Assembly: GCF_002087085.1 (NCBI RefSeq)
Contig: NZ_MWQY01000024.1
Coordinates: forward strand, 1-53,847
Direction of reading: 5' to 3'
Length of the DNA stretch: 53,847 nt
The position numbers were made by a program, and so were the translations under genes. Positions 9,828-19,666 of this stretch are shown in pieces (within the stretch, counting starts at the first letter, position 1; every line of letters begins with the position of its first letter). Below the pieces are notes generated by a model. The model did not search any database, was not told where the DNA came from, and saw only the letters and a list, made by a program, of their open reading frames with translations.

Positions 9828-10320
9828 CTTTATAGCTCTCTCCCAGGGGAATATGTCCGGGAATCTGCGTTTCCGGCAGAACCCCGGTTATAAACTGTGC
9901 AAAAAGACTCTCGTCGATTATCCGACGGGTATCGACAAAGGGCTGGGTCTCAAGGACAAGGAGGATCAGAACACTCAGAACAATTCCTTCGCCAAGTCCC
10001 CAGAAGAAGCCCAGAGCCCTGTCGAGATTTTCCAGGTGTACCGCTTCGATAAGCCGATACAGAAGGCCTTCTGCTATCTTCAGAATTAAATATACGGACA
10101 GAAAGATTGCCAGAAAAGCTATAACCCTGTTCCAGGGAGAATCGCCAAATACTCCGGCCAAAAAGTCCCCTCCGGCGGCGGAAAACAGGATTCCCCCCAC
10201 AATACCGCCGCCGATGGCGGCTACTGCAGCGAGCTCGGTAATAAAGCCCTTTATGAGGCACCTGATTACCATGACCAGCATTATGGTTGCAAAAATATAG
10301 TCCAATACCCCCGGATTCAT
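9820..10320 (-). CDS. cvpA: CvpA family membrane protein
   Basis: LDYI..., KGFITE, LDRALGFFWG motifs; hydrophobic. Confidence 0.88.
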   Translation of the reverse strand: MNPGVLDYIFATIMLVMVIRCLIKGFITELAAVAAIGGGIVGGILFSAAGGDFLAGVFGDSPWNRVIAFLAIFLSVYLILKIAEGLLYRLIEAVHLENLDRALGFFWGLGEGIVLSVLILLVLETQPFVDTRRIIDESLFAQFITGVLPETQIPGHIPLGESYKGV

Positions 10321-11438
10321 CGGTGAAGAACCGTCTCCCCGTAAATTTTCATTATCAGATCTCCACAGCTTTGGGCAGCGTTGAGTCCGCATATCCGCCT
10401 TGCGGCCTCTCCCATGCGCAGGCGGATCTCCTGGGAGGAAACCAGCTCCAGAACGGCCTTCCTCAGAAAACCGGCCGATGCCTCATCTCCGGAAAGTATC
10501 CGGGCGGCCCCCCGCTCTGCAAAGAATGCTGCGTTACGCAGCTGATCCCCCCGGCTGCCCTCCGTTCCAAGGGGAATCAGAAGCATTGCCTTTCCCAGGG
10601 TTCCGCACTCCCACAGGGTTCCGGCCCCCGCTCTGCTTATAACTACATCCGCTGCCGCCAGAACGTGGGGCATCTCCTCGTGAATATACTCCCGCCGTAC
10701 ATAGCCGGGTCGGGGACTGTCGCTCCCGTTTCCCCCACCGGTCTGGTGCAGAACCTCCGCATGAGGCAGGATATCATCTATCACCTCCGCCATAAGCAGG
10801 TTTATCTGCTGTGCCCCCAGGCTGCCGCCTATAACCAGGACCAGGGGTTTATTCCCCGGGAGTCCGAAACTCCGTCGGCCAATTTCGGGGTCCCCTTCGA
10901 GCATGGCCGGACGTACGGGGTTCCCGGTAAGCACAAGTTTTTCGGCAAGGGAGGATGTAAAGTACTCCCGGGTCTTGTCGTAGGAGATACATATTCTGTC
11001 CGCGAAGCGGGCGTTGAGCCTGGTGGCGAGCCCGGGATCCAGATCCGATTCATGGGTAAGAACGGGCACACGACAGATTCTCGCTGCGATTACCGGAGGA
11101 ACCGAAACATAGCCGCCCTTGGAAAAGAGCAGAACCGGTCTGTACTTCAGCATGAACACCAGGGATTTACACAGGGCAAGGGCGATTAAAAAGAGATCCG
11201 TCACATTTTTAAGGGAGAAATAGCGCCTGAGCTTTCCCGAGGGAACAGAGAAAAAGGGAATCCCATGCTTTTTCAGGATCTCCCCCTCCATTCCCTTTCC
11301 TGAACCTATCCAGAGGATATCTTCAGAAGAGATTCTTCCCTTTTTTTTCAGCTCATCAATGATTGCCAGACCCGGATATACATGACCGCCGGTGCCCCCA
11401 CCGGTAAAAACAAGCAGTTTTCGTGTCCCTGTGTTCAT
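10317..11438 (-). CDS. murG: undecaprenyl-PP-MurNAc-pentapeptide GlcNAc transferase
   Basis: GGGTGGHVYP, KGGYVS, TGNPVR, GGSLGA, SRAGA, DQLRNA. Confidence 0.96.
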   Translation of the reverse strand: MNTGTRKLLVFTGGGTGGHVYPGLAIIDELKKKGRISSEDILWIGSGKGMEGEILKKHGIPFFSVPSGKLRRYFSLKNVTDLFLIALALCKSLVFMLKYRPVLLFSKGGYVSVPPVIAARICRVPVLTHESDLDPGLATRLNARFADRICISYDKTREYFTSSLAEKLVLTGNPVRPAMLEGDPEIGRRSFGLPGNKPLVLVIGGSLGAQQINLLMAEVIDDILPHAEVLHQTGGGNGSDSPRPGYVRREYIHEEMPHVLAAADVVISRAGAGTLWECGTLGKAMLLIPLGTEGSRGDQLRNAAFFAERGAARILSGDEASAGFLRKAVLELVSSQEIRLRMGEAARRICGLNAAQSCGDLIMKIYGETVLHR

Positions 11439-11540
11439 ATGGAATCTCTTCTCCGTAAACGAGATTACCACAGCCTCCGCTGCTTGTGCAACGAACAGAA
11501 CCGCAGTCCGCGATTCCGGAAAACAGATAAAAGCCGGGAA

Positions 11541-11579
11541 TTTAACCTATTCCTAACATGTCTTTCATACAGTTCTTAT
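11541..11579 (+). promoter_or_regulatory. Pho-box-like 11-bp direct repeats upstream of pstS
   Basis: TTTAACCTATT CCTAACATGTC TTTCATACAGT TCTTAT; the same pattern recurs upstream of pstC. Confidence 0.65.
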
Positions 11580-11627
11580 CCGGGGATTTTATCTCTTAGT
11601 CATCATTCAGTTTCTATGGAGGAAAAA

Positions 11628-12458
11628 ATGAAAAAGACTTTGATTCTTGTTTCCCTGCTTCTTGCTGCAGGGCTCGTGTTTGCAGGCGGCCAGCAGGCCG
11701 CCGGGAGCAGCGACGGTCTCTCCGGCAATTACGCCTTCGGCGGATCCACCACCCTGGAAGGCTTCCTGAGACCCGCCATCGATGAGTTTACCGAAATGCA
11801 CCCCGGTGTGACCATCTCCTACGATGCCCCCGGTTCTTCCGCAGGGGTCAAGGGCGCCCTGGACGGGACCTACGATCTGGGCGCAGCCTCCCGTAAGATC
11901 AAGGATTCGGAAAAGGCGGACGGCGCTGTTCCGGTGGTAGTGGCCCTGGACGGAGTAGCGGTGGTGGTCAACAAAGAAAGCGTTACTATCAGCAACCTCG
12001 GCATGGACCAGATCCGGAAGATCTTTTCCGGAGAGATAAGCAACTGGAGCGTCCTGGGGGGTCCCAATGCGGAAATCGTAGTGGTAAACCGTGACGAAGC
12101 TTCCGGTACCCGGGCTGCCTTCGGCGATATTACCCTGGGGGACGCAAAGTTTACCGACAAGGCGATTATCACCACCGGCAACGGAGACATGGTTGCCAAG
12201 GTAGGGTCCACGCCCTACGCCATCGGCTACTGCGGATTTGCCTACATCGACCGGGAGCCGGGGACAAAAGCGGTTACCGTGGATGGCGTTGAGCCCTCCA
12301 TGGAGAACGTCCTCAGCGAGAAATTCCCCATCCAGCGCCCCCTGAACATGGTTCATACCGGCGACCTGGACGATGTGGAGCAGGCTTTTCTCGATTACCT
12401 GCTCTCCGAAGACGGCCAGGCCATCATAGAGGAAGAAGGGTTCATATCCGTTCGGTAA
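11628..12458 (+). CDS. pstS: phosphate ABC transporter substrate-binding protein
   Basis: signal peptide; GGSTT, GSSAG, ASR, RDEASGTR, AIGY, PIQRPL motifs. Confidence 0.93.
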   Translation: MKKTLILVSLLLAAGLVFAGGQQAAGSSDGLSGNYAFGGSTTLEGFLRPAIDEFTEMHPGVTISYDAPGSSAGVKGALDGTYDLGAASRKIKDSEKADGAVPVVVALDGVAVVVNKESVTISNLGMDQIRKIFSGEISNWSVLGGPNAEIVVVNRDEASGTRAAFGDITLGDAKFTDKAIITTGNGDMVAKVGSTPYAIGYCGFAYIDREPGTKAVTVDGVEPSMENVLSEKFPIQRPLNMVHTGDLDDVEQAFLDYLLSEDGQAIIEEEGFISVR

Positions 12459-12493
12459 GACACTGCTTTCATAAAGAAAAGTCATCGGCGATC

Positions 12494-12524
12494 GGCCCCT
12501 CCCCGGCGGGGGGGCCATTCTTTT
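12494..12524 (+). terminator. hairpin or terminator after pstS
   Basis: GGCCCCTCC-CCGGC-GGGGGGGCC then ATTCTTTT. Confidence 0.55.
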
Positions 12525-12565
12525 AACAGAACTCTAACATAACTTTTATCCGCCCTTCATACGGC
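12522..12565 (+). promoter_or_regulatory. second Pho-box-like 11-bp repeat array upstream of pstC
   Basis: TTTAACAGAAC TCTAACATAAC TTTTATCCGCC CTTCATACGGC. Confidence 0.6.
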
Positions 12566-12607
12566 ACTCGTTATATATATACGAGTAAAAACAAGGAGTG
12601 GCACGTT

Positions 12608-13483
12608 TTGAACATGAAAAAACTGCGGGACAGTACGGCCAGGGGCATCTTCGCTTTTTGCGCCTTTGTTTCCGTTCTGAGCGTCCTTTTCATTACTGTT
12701 TTCATCTTCCTCGAAGGTCTGCCGCTGTTCCGGGTAACCGGAGTTCTGGATTTTGTCTTCGGTACCGTATGGGAACCGACGGGAGATCCTGCACGTTACG
12801 GGATACTTCCTTTTATCGCCGGTTCCATCTGGGTCACCTTCGGTTCCCTGATTCTTGCCCTTCCCGTGGGTCTTTCCGTGGGAATCTTCATGGCCGAGTA
12901 CGCACGAGGCCGCTTTGCCAATACCGTCCGGTCGGTGGTTGAACTCCTGGCGGGAATCCCTTCGGTCATTTACGGTCTCTTCGGATATATAGCCATCGCA
13001 CCCCTGGTGCGCAACCTTACATCCAGCAATACAGGATTGGGAGTGCTGACAGCGTCCATTGTGCTGGCCATCATGGTTCTTCCCACGATTATCAATATCA
13101 CCGAGGTATCCCTGCGGGCGGTGGCCCCGGAGCTGAAGGAGGCATCCCTTGCCCTGGGGGCCACCCACTGGCAGACAATAGTCCATACCCTGGTTCCGGC
13201 GGCGCGATCCGGGATTCTGGCAGGAATCGTTCTGGGAATGGGCCGCTCCATAGGAGAGACCATGGCGGTTCTGATGGTGGCGGGGAATGCCGTTACCATG
13301 CCCACAGGTCCCCTTTCGCTGGCACGGACCCTTACCATGAACGTGGCCACCGATATGTCCTATGCCTCGGGAGACCACTGGACCAGCCTTTTTACGACGG
13401 GAATGGTCCTGTTCGTTTTTATCCTCGTCATCAACATCTCGGTTCAGATGCTCATGAAGAAAGCCGTAAAGGACATGAAATAA
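12608..13483 (+). CDS. pstC: phosphate ABC transporter permease PstC
   Basis: ELLAGIPSVIYG, EASLALGAT, GRSIGETMAV; start TTG 12608 or ATG 12614. Confidence 0.95.
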   Translation: MNMKKLRDSTARGIFAFCAFVSVLSVLFITVFIFLEGLPLFRVTGVLDFVFGTVWEPTGDPARYGILPFIAGSIWVTFGSLILALPVGLSVGIFMAEYARGRFANTVRSVVELLAGIPSVIYGLFGYIAIAPLVRNLTSSNTGLGVLTASIVLAIMVLPTIINITEVSLRAVAPELKEASLALGATHWQTIVHTLVPAARSGILAGIVLGMGRSIGETMAVLMVAGNAVTMPTGPLSLARTLTMNVATDMSYASGDHWTSLFTTGMVLFVFILVINISVQMLMKKAVKDMK

Positions 13484-15123
13484 TGGAATTATCCCGCTCG
13501 ACCCGCATAAGCAAACTGGAAGAAAATATTGCCCGTGGCTTTGTCTGGCTTTTTGCCGGCCTTACCATCATTATCCTGGTCTGGATTGTAGGCTATATTC
13601 TCTTCCGGGGTTTCTACTCCCGGCAGTATATTCCCTACGATGTTCTGCCCATAGAAGAATCGGTAATCCCCCTGGAAGGAACGGATGACCAGGGACTGCG
13701 GATTATCGTCAACAAAAAGATAAAAATCCGGGACCTCACGGAATCTCAGCTGAACGAGATCTATTCCAAACGACGCCGGGAAAACTGGGGCTTCTATACC
13801 CGTCAGGACCTGGACGTCCAGCCCTTTGCCCTGAAAGCGGCTCCGGACTCAAAGGAATTCGCAGATGCCGCAGCCCGGGCGGTACTGCCCGAGGGAAAAG
13901 AGTTCAGCAAGTATACAAGCTTTGTCTCCGGTTTTGACGAAATGGCGGACATGGTGGCAAAAACCCCCGGAGCCATCGGATTTGTGCCCTCCGATTACAA
14001 GGGCTCCTTAAACCGGGTAAAAACTGTACCCCTCCGGAGGTTCAGCGTCTTTTTCAGCCCCGGGACAGTTAAAATTGAGAAGAACAAAAAGCTTCAGGAG
14101 CTGGATCAGGAGAAGCTACAGAGGATCTTCCAGGGAACTTCAAGAAACTGGCTTGAGCTGGGAGGGATCGATCTTGAGATTCTTCCAGCCCTGTACCTGT
14201 ACAACGACAGCTTTACAGAGCAGCTGGAGGATCTCGTATCCGTCGGTTCTCTGGAAGAGTCGGGGATTCCCGTATTTACCGATAAAGACAAGTATTTCGA
14301 CTACATCGCGTCGACCCCCGGATCCATCGGCATCGCCCTGTACGATGAAGTACATGACCGGGACCTTCCTTCCGTTCCGGTTATCAGAAAAGAGACCGGT
14401 CCCAACCTTACCCTGAGCTTTCTGCTGGAAGCCCCTTCCCGTTCCGGGGCCTGGGGAGGTATATCCTACATCATTATAAATACCCTGCTGCTTATCGCCT
14501 TCACCCTGCTCTTCTCCACCCCCGTCGGAGTCGCCGCAGCCATCTACCTGGTCGAATACGCCAGACAGGGTCCCCTGGTAAGATTTCTCCGCATGGGTAC
14601 GGAGACCCTGGCGGGTATTCCCTCCATCGTTTTCGGCCTTTTCGGACGTATATTCTTCGTTCAGATCCTGGGCATGGGGATAGGATTCCTTTCCGCCACC
14701 CTGACGGTAACCCTTATGATACTGCCCACCATCGTACGGACATCAGAGGAGGCCCTGTCCGCGGTTCCGGGTACCTACCGGGAAGGATCCCTTGCTCTGG
14801 GGGCGACCAAGCTGGATACCATCTTCAAGGTAGTCCTTCCCGCGGCGAGCCCGGGAATCCTCACGGGGATTATTCTGGGGATCGGCAGGGTGGTCGGCGA
14901 GACCGCTGTCCTGCTCTACACCCTGGGTTCAAGCTACGAGCTGGTGGCGGGACCGAGTTCCCCGGCGCGGGTTCTTTCCCTCCACCTGTACCTGCTGTTC
15001 TCCGAGGCCGTCTCCTTTGACAGGGCCTTCGCCACCGGAACGGTGCTGATTTTTATCATTCTCATTGTCAATCGCATGACGACCCGGATGATCGGCCGCA
15101 TGAACCGGATGTCCGGCAAATAG
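13483..15123 (+). CDS. pstA: phosphate ABC transporter permease PstA with a large extracytoplasmic PstS-like insertion
   Basis: [33 protein letters not shown]; 546 aa because of an insert of roughly 270 aa. Confidence 0.92.
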   Translation: MELSRSTRISKLEENIARGFVWLFAGLTIIILVWIVGYILFRGFYSRQYIPYDVLPIEESVIPLEGTDDQGLRIIVNKKIKIRDLTESQLNEIYSKRRRENWGFYTRQDLDVQPFALKAAPDSKEFADAAARAVLPEGKEFSKYTSFVSGFDEMADMVAKTPGAIGFVPSDYKGSLNRVKTVPLRRFSVFFSPGTVKIEKNKKLQELDQEKLQRIFQGTSRNWLELGGIDLEILPALYLYNDSFTEQLEDLVSVGSLEESGIPVFTDKDKYFDYIASTPGSIGIALYDEVHDRDLPSVPVIRKETGPNLTLSFLLEAPSRSGAWGGISYIIINTLLLIAFTLLFSTPVGVAAAIYLVEYARQGPLVRFLRMGTETLAGIPSIVFGLFGRIFFVQILGMGIGFLSATLTVTLMILPTIVRTSEEALSAVPGTYREGSLALGATKLDTIFKVVLPAASPGILTGIILGIGRVVGETAVLLYTLGSSYELVAGPSSPARVLSLHLYLLFSEAVSFDRAFATGTVLIFIILIVNRMTTRMIGRMNRMSGK

Positions 15124-15134
15124 AGGAGTTTCAT

Positions 15135-15893
15135 ATGGATTCTACTGTTAAAATTAAATGCAGCAATCTCAATCTGTTCTACGGGGATTTTCAGGCCCTC
15201 CACGACGTCTCCATGGATATCGAAAAAGGGAAGGTGACCGCCCTTATAGGTCCCTCGGGCTGCGGAAAATCGACCTTTATCCGGGCCCTGAACAGAATGA
15301 ACGATATCATCGACTCCGTAAGCATAAACGGAACCATCGAATACGACGGAATGGATATCTACTCTGACTATGATGTAATAGAACTCAGAAAGAAGATCGG
15401 GATGGTTTTTCAGAAACCCAACCCCTTTCCCATGAGTGTCTTTGACAACGTGGCCTACGGTCCCAGGCTGCACGGTATCAAGGATAAAAACAGGCTGGAG
15501 GAGATCGTGGAAACCTCCCTGAAGCAGGCGGCCATCTGGGACGAGATCAAGGACCGGCTCCATAAGCCTGCCCTGGGAATCTCCGGCGGTCAGCAGCAGC
15601 GGCTCTGCATAGCCCGCACCCTGGCGGTAAACCCGGATGTGGTACTGATGGATGAACCCACCTCCGCCCTGGATCCCATATCCACATCCCGGATAGAGGA
15701 CCTTATTGATGAGCTGAAGCAGAAATATACCATCGTGATCGTCACCCACAACATGCAGCAGGCCGGCAGGGTCTCCGATTACACCGCCTTTTTCCTGAAC
15801 GGAGTAATCGAGGAGTTCGGCACCACGGAGCAGATCTTTTTCAAACCCGAAAATCCGCAGACCGAAGCCTACATAAGCGGAAAATTCGGCTGA
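15135..15893 (+). CDS. pstB: phosphate ABC transporter ATPase
   Basis: [38 protein letters not shown]. Confidence 0.97.
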   Translation: MDSTVKIKCSNLNLFYGDFQALHDVSMDIEKGKVTALIGPSGCGKSTFIRALNRMNDIIDSVSINGTIEYDGMDIYSDYDVIELRKKIGMVFQKPNPFPMSVFDNVAYGPRLHGIKDKNRLEEIVETSLKQAAIWDEIKDRLHKPALGISGGQQQRLCIARTLAVNPDVVLMDEPTSALDPISTSRIEDLIDELKQKYTIVIVTHNMQQAGRVSDYTAFFLNGVIEEFGTTEQIFFKPENPQTEAYISGKFG

Positions 15894-15918
15894 GAAACAG
15901 GCAGGGAGAAAACAGATT

Positions 15919-16581
15919 ATGCCAGGCACACGAAAACACTTTTCCGAGGAACTGAAGGATCTGCATCAGAGCCTGTTGAAGATGGGAATACTGGTGGAAG
16001 AATCCATACAGAAATCCATCATCGCACTGAAAGGGCACAACAGCGAACTGGCCGGACAGATCATACATGATGATGAGGATATCAACAGGGCGGAAACCGG
16101 AATACTCGATCACTGCACCAAACTCCTGGCCACACAGCAGCCCGTGGCCGGCGACCTCAGGACCATCGTCACAGCCATCAAGGTCGCGACCCAGCTGGAA
16201 CGAATAGGAGACCATGCCGTGCACATTGCAAAAAGTGTTCTGAAACTATCGGAGGACCCCTTTATCCGGGATCTGATCGACATACCCCGCATGGCAAAGA
16301 TCTGCCAGGCCATGATCCGGGATATTCTCACCGCTCTCATAAACAATGACGGTGACTACGCCCGGGAAGTAGCAGCCAGGGATGACGAGGTGGATAATCT
16401 TTACTACCGGATTACCCGTGAACTCGTTACAGGAATGACAGAAGACAAGGCAAAGATTAACCAGGGTCTTGAGCTGATTTTTGTTGTCCGGTACCTCGAG
16501 AGGATGGGCGACCACGTTACAAATATCTCGGAGCTGATAATCTATAATACCTCCGGCAGACATGTGGAATTAAACAGATAG
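15919..16581 (+). CDS. phoU: phosphate signalling/transport regulator PhoU
   Basis: QQPVAGDLR, LERIGDHA, LERMGDH. Confidence 0.95.
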   Translation: MPGTRKHFSEELKDLHQSLLKMGILVEESIQKSIIALKGHNSELAGQIIHDDEDINRAETGILDHCTKLLATQQPVAGDLRTIVTAIKVATQLERIGDHAVHIAKSVLKLSEDPFIRDLIDIPRMAKICQAMIRDILTALINNDGDYAREVAARDDEVDNLYYRITRELVTGMTEDKAKINQGLELIFVVRYLERMGDHVTNISELIIYNTSGRHVELNR

Positions 16582-16592
16582 GGAAGATCGGC

Positions 16593-17309
16593 ATGCCACA
16601 GCTCGGCGAAACAGTACTGATAATTGACGATGAACAGTATATTCGTGAACTCCTGGAGTACAACCTGGAAAAGGAAGGATATTCCGTCATCCCCGCCGCA
16701 AGCGGAGAAGAGGGGCTGGATCTTGCCAGACGGAATCATCCTGCCCTGATCATCCTCGATTTGATGCTCCCGGGAATCGACGGCATCGATGTCTGCCGCA
16801 GGTTGAAAAAGGACCCCCGTACCGCTGATATCCCCATCATCATGGCCAGCGCCAAAGGCGAGGACGCCGATATTGTGGTGGGTCTTGAAATCGGCGCCGA
16901 TGATTACATTACAAAGCCCTTCAGTCCCAGGGTGATGGGTGCCCGTATTCGCGCAGTTCTGCGCAGAAAGGATCAAAAAGGGCTCCCCCGGGAAAATGAG
17001 TCTTCTTTCAGTATTCATGGAATATCCGTCGATACAAAGAGACATCAGGTCCATTGCGGCGGAGACCATGTGAACCTCAGCGTCACCGAGTTCTCCATAC
17101 TTGAGTTTTTAGCCAGGAATGCAGGCTGGGTTTTCTCCCGGAACCAGATAATCGGTGCCGTAAAAGGAGAGTCCTATCCCGTTACCGAACGGGCGGTGGA
17201 CGTACAGATCCTCGGACTGAGAAAGAAACTCGGAGATTACGGCCGATACATAGAGACCATCCGGGGGGTCGGGTATCGTATGCGGGAAGAGTCTATTCCA
17301 TCATCGTAA
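16593..17309 (+). CDS. OmpR/PhoB-family response regulator (PhoB/PhoP-like)
   Basis: IDDE, DLMLP, GADDYITKPF, winged helix IETIRGVGY; follows phoU. Confidence 0.9.
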   Translation: MPQLGETVLIIDDEQYIRELLEYNLEKEGYSVIPAASGEEGLDLARRNHPALIILDLMLPGIDGIDVCRRLKKDPRTADIPIIMASAKGEDADIVVGLEIGADDYITKPFSPRVMGARIRAVLRRKDQKGLPRENESSFSIHGISVDTKRHQVHCGGDHVNLSVTEFSILEFLARNAGWVFSRNQIIGAVKGESYPVTERAVDVQILGLRKKLGDYGRYIETIRGVGYRMREESIPSS

Positions 17310-18312
17310 GATTACGTCCCTTCTGTTTGGCCCGGTACATGGCGGCATCAGCCCGGGCAATCCAGGCTTCCCGGCTCTCCCCCGAGTGATACTGGGCGAC
17401 CCCCAGGGAGGCGGTGACTGAAAGCTCCAGATCACCGGTATCAATTGCGCAGTCCATAAGGGACAGACGAAAACGTTCGGCTATGGTGAAGGCCTGGTCC
17501 TTGTAGGTATTGGGCAGGACCATAAAAAACTCCTCTCCTCCGTATCGCCCCGCATGGTCGTATTTTCGCAGGGTTTCCTGCAGCAGACGGCCGATCTCTT
17601 TGATAACCACATCTCCCACGGGATGTCCGTAATTATCATTGATCGGCTTAAAATGGTCTATGTCCATCATTATACCCGACAGAGGATCCTCGGTCCGGAG
17701 GGCCCGGTCAATCTCGATATCGATAATGGAAAACAGGCTCATCCTGTTCAGAAGTCCGGAGAGCATATCGTACTTGGCAATCCGTTCCAGCTTGGCCTTG
17801 GATCGCTCAAGCTCCTCTTTTTCGGTCTCCATTACTTCCAGGGTCTGTTTCAGGTGCAGGTGCCGGTCGAGGATTTTGCTGGCAAGCTCTTCCTCCTGTT
17901 TTACAGCCTGGCGAAAAAACTCCCGCTCCTCGAAAAGACGCATCTGACTTTTTAAACGGATGTACGCAGCCTTTATGCGGGTCTGAAATTCGAGCTTGCG
18001 GACAGGCTTCTGGATATAATCATCGGCGCCTTCTTCCAGGGCATCCTTTAAGCGTCGTTTTTCATGAGCGCTCAGGATAATCTGAAGAGGCCGCTGAAAA
18101 TAGCGTTTTCTGAATTCAATGGCCAGTTCTTTCCATGGTGGGTCCTTCACATCGAGATCGATCAGGATAATGTGAATATCCGTTTCCTGCAGATATGCAA
18201 GAGCATCGGCGGAGCTCCCGGCAGGGATAACGGTATACGATTCTTCCATCAGATACCGGCTCATCTTTTTCAGATCGTCGGGATTGCTGTCAATTAACAG
18301 AATACGGGTCAT
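17293..18312 (-). CDS. REC-coiled coil-GGDEF diguanylate cyclase
   Basis: DIDHFK, RYGGEEF, I-site RKYD, N-terminal receiver domain. Confidence 0.92.
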   Translation of the reverse strand: MTRILLIDSNPDDLKKMSRYLMEESYTVIPAGSSADALAYLQETDIHIILIDLDVKDPPWKELAIEFRKRYFQRPLQIILSAHEKRRLKDALEEGADDYIQKPVRKLEFQTRIKAAYIRLKSQMRLFEEREFFRQAVKQEEELASKILDRHLHLKQTLEVMETEKEELERSKAKLERIAKYDMLSGLLNRMSLFSIIDIEIDRALRTEDPLSGIMMDIDHFKPINDNYGHPVGDVVIKEIGRLLQETLRKYDHAGRYGGEEFFMVLPNTYKDQAFTIAERFRLSLMDCAIDTGDLELSVTASLGVAQYHSGESREAWIARADAAMYRAKQKGRNLTMME

Positions 18313-18334
18313 ATACCCTCATTTTTTTTATTAA

Positions 18335-19657
18335 TCAGCCCCGAAGGACCATAAGCAGAACCTGAAATCCACCAAGAACTGCTCCAAGAAGTGCCCCGAA
18401 GATGTTAATCCACTTGAGCTGCTTCTTTATTACTTCTAATAATAGTGATTCCACCTCAGCAATGGCAAGGCTGTCGATACGTAAAATCACCAGCTTTTCT
18501 ATATCCATAACATCCAGGGCCAGGGGTACAGCCTTTACCAGGAGTCCCAGAACGAGGTCCCGAATAAGGGGTATAAGAAGCTCGCTTCCTCCGCTGTCCC
18601 ATTGCACAAGCTCACCCAGGCTCAAGCTTTCGGGAACCAGAGAAAGAATACCCGCCGTCGTAACCCCTGATTCCGGCCTGAACAGGTCGACTCCGCTGAA
18701 GAGTGTATCCACGACCCCCGCAAGCTCGTCAATCTTTTCCGGTTCAAGAAAATCACCCACCGGTTTGTCGAGGTTGTGCTCCAGATACTCCCGCGCCGCG
18801 GCGAGCAGCCCCTTTACGGTATCCGGAGATTCAAGGCTCTCCTCCAGGTTCTGTACAAAGCGGTCCACAAGATAGGACATGTTCTCTTCCATGCTCCGGT
18901 GGTACTGCCCCGCCACGACCACCAGGCGCTGGATACCCGAGAGACTGTCCACCGCGTCACGGAAAAGCATAATACCCCGCCGGTGAAGTTCCTGCCGCGT
19001 CGACCGCCTGTTGAGCCACTGGATCAGCAGGCGGCGAAGGGAGGGAAGCAGACCGGCGAAAGCGGCGGTCAGAGCCTGAACGGCTTCCGGACTGAGGAGT
19101 TCATCCAGTCGCCGTTTTTCCCGTATGTGCCGGTGAAGGACCCCGGCAGTCAGTTCTCCCGCCGGACCAAAGACCTTCCGATCTCCGGATTCATCCTGAT
19201 CGGGCCCCAGATAGATCCGGAAAAGTCCCCGGATCAGGGCGTTTCCCAGGCTGTGGATGCCCGGGGAACCGGCAAGTTCCTTCCACAGGGGAGAGAACCT
19301 GCCCAGGGGTGATTTATCGGGATTCCTGATAAGCGACGAGATCGTAAGCGGACTCAGGATATCCCCGCCCCGGCGGATGGCCGCCTCCAGGCCCTGAATA
19401 AATCCCGGGGTCTGCATCTGGGCGGTAACAGCCTCAACGGTGAAGAGTTCTCCGGAAACCTGACGGGCGATGCTGCGGGCGAGCTCATGCCGCTGCTTCG
19501 GGATAATCCCCGGGGTAAAGGGCACCCTCAGCCCCAGGAACCTCTTTTCCCTGTGGGGGCGAAAAAGCATGGTTATGGCAATCTTGTTGGTAATATACCC
19601 GATCAGGGCCCCCACCAGGGGAGGTATAAGGTAGAAAACAAGAGGAGGAAGGGTCAT
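18335..19657 (-). CDS. DUF445 family membrane protein
   Basis: GALIGYITNKIAITMLFRP...GIIPK at the N-terminus; LKWINIFGALLG at the C-terminus. Confidence 0.85.
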   Translation of the reverse strand: MTLPPLVFYLIPPLVGALIGYITNKIAITMLFRPHREKRFLGLRVPFTPGIIPKQRHELARSIARQVSGELFTVEAVTAQMQTPGFIQGLEAAIRRGGDILSPLTISSLIRNPDKSPLGRFSPLWKELAGSPGIHSLGNALIRGLFRIYLGPDQDESGDRKVFGPAGELTAGVLHRHIREKRRLDELLSPEAVQALTAAFAGLLPSLRRLLIQWLNRRSTRQELHRRGIMLFRDAVDSLSGIQRLVVVAGQYHRSMEENMSYLVDRFVQNLEESLESPDTVKGLLAAAREYLEHNLDKPVGDFLEPEKIDELAGVVDTLFSGVDLFRPESGVTTAGILSLVPESLSLGELVQWDSGGSELLIPLIRDLVLGLLVKAVPLALDVMDIEKLVILRIDSLAIAEVESLLLEVIKKQLKWINIFGALLGAVLGGFQVLLMVLRG

Positions 19658-19666
19658 ATTCCCGGA

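Noticed and set aside
12599..12613. sigma54 promoter TGGCACG upstream of pstC
   Set aside because: There is no GC at the -12 position, and the sequence overlaps the RBS and start codon.
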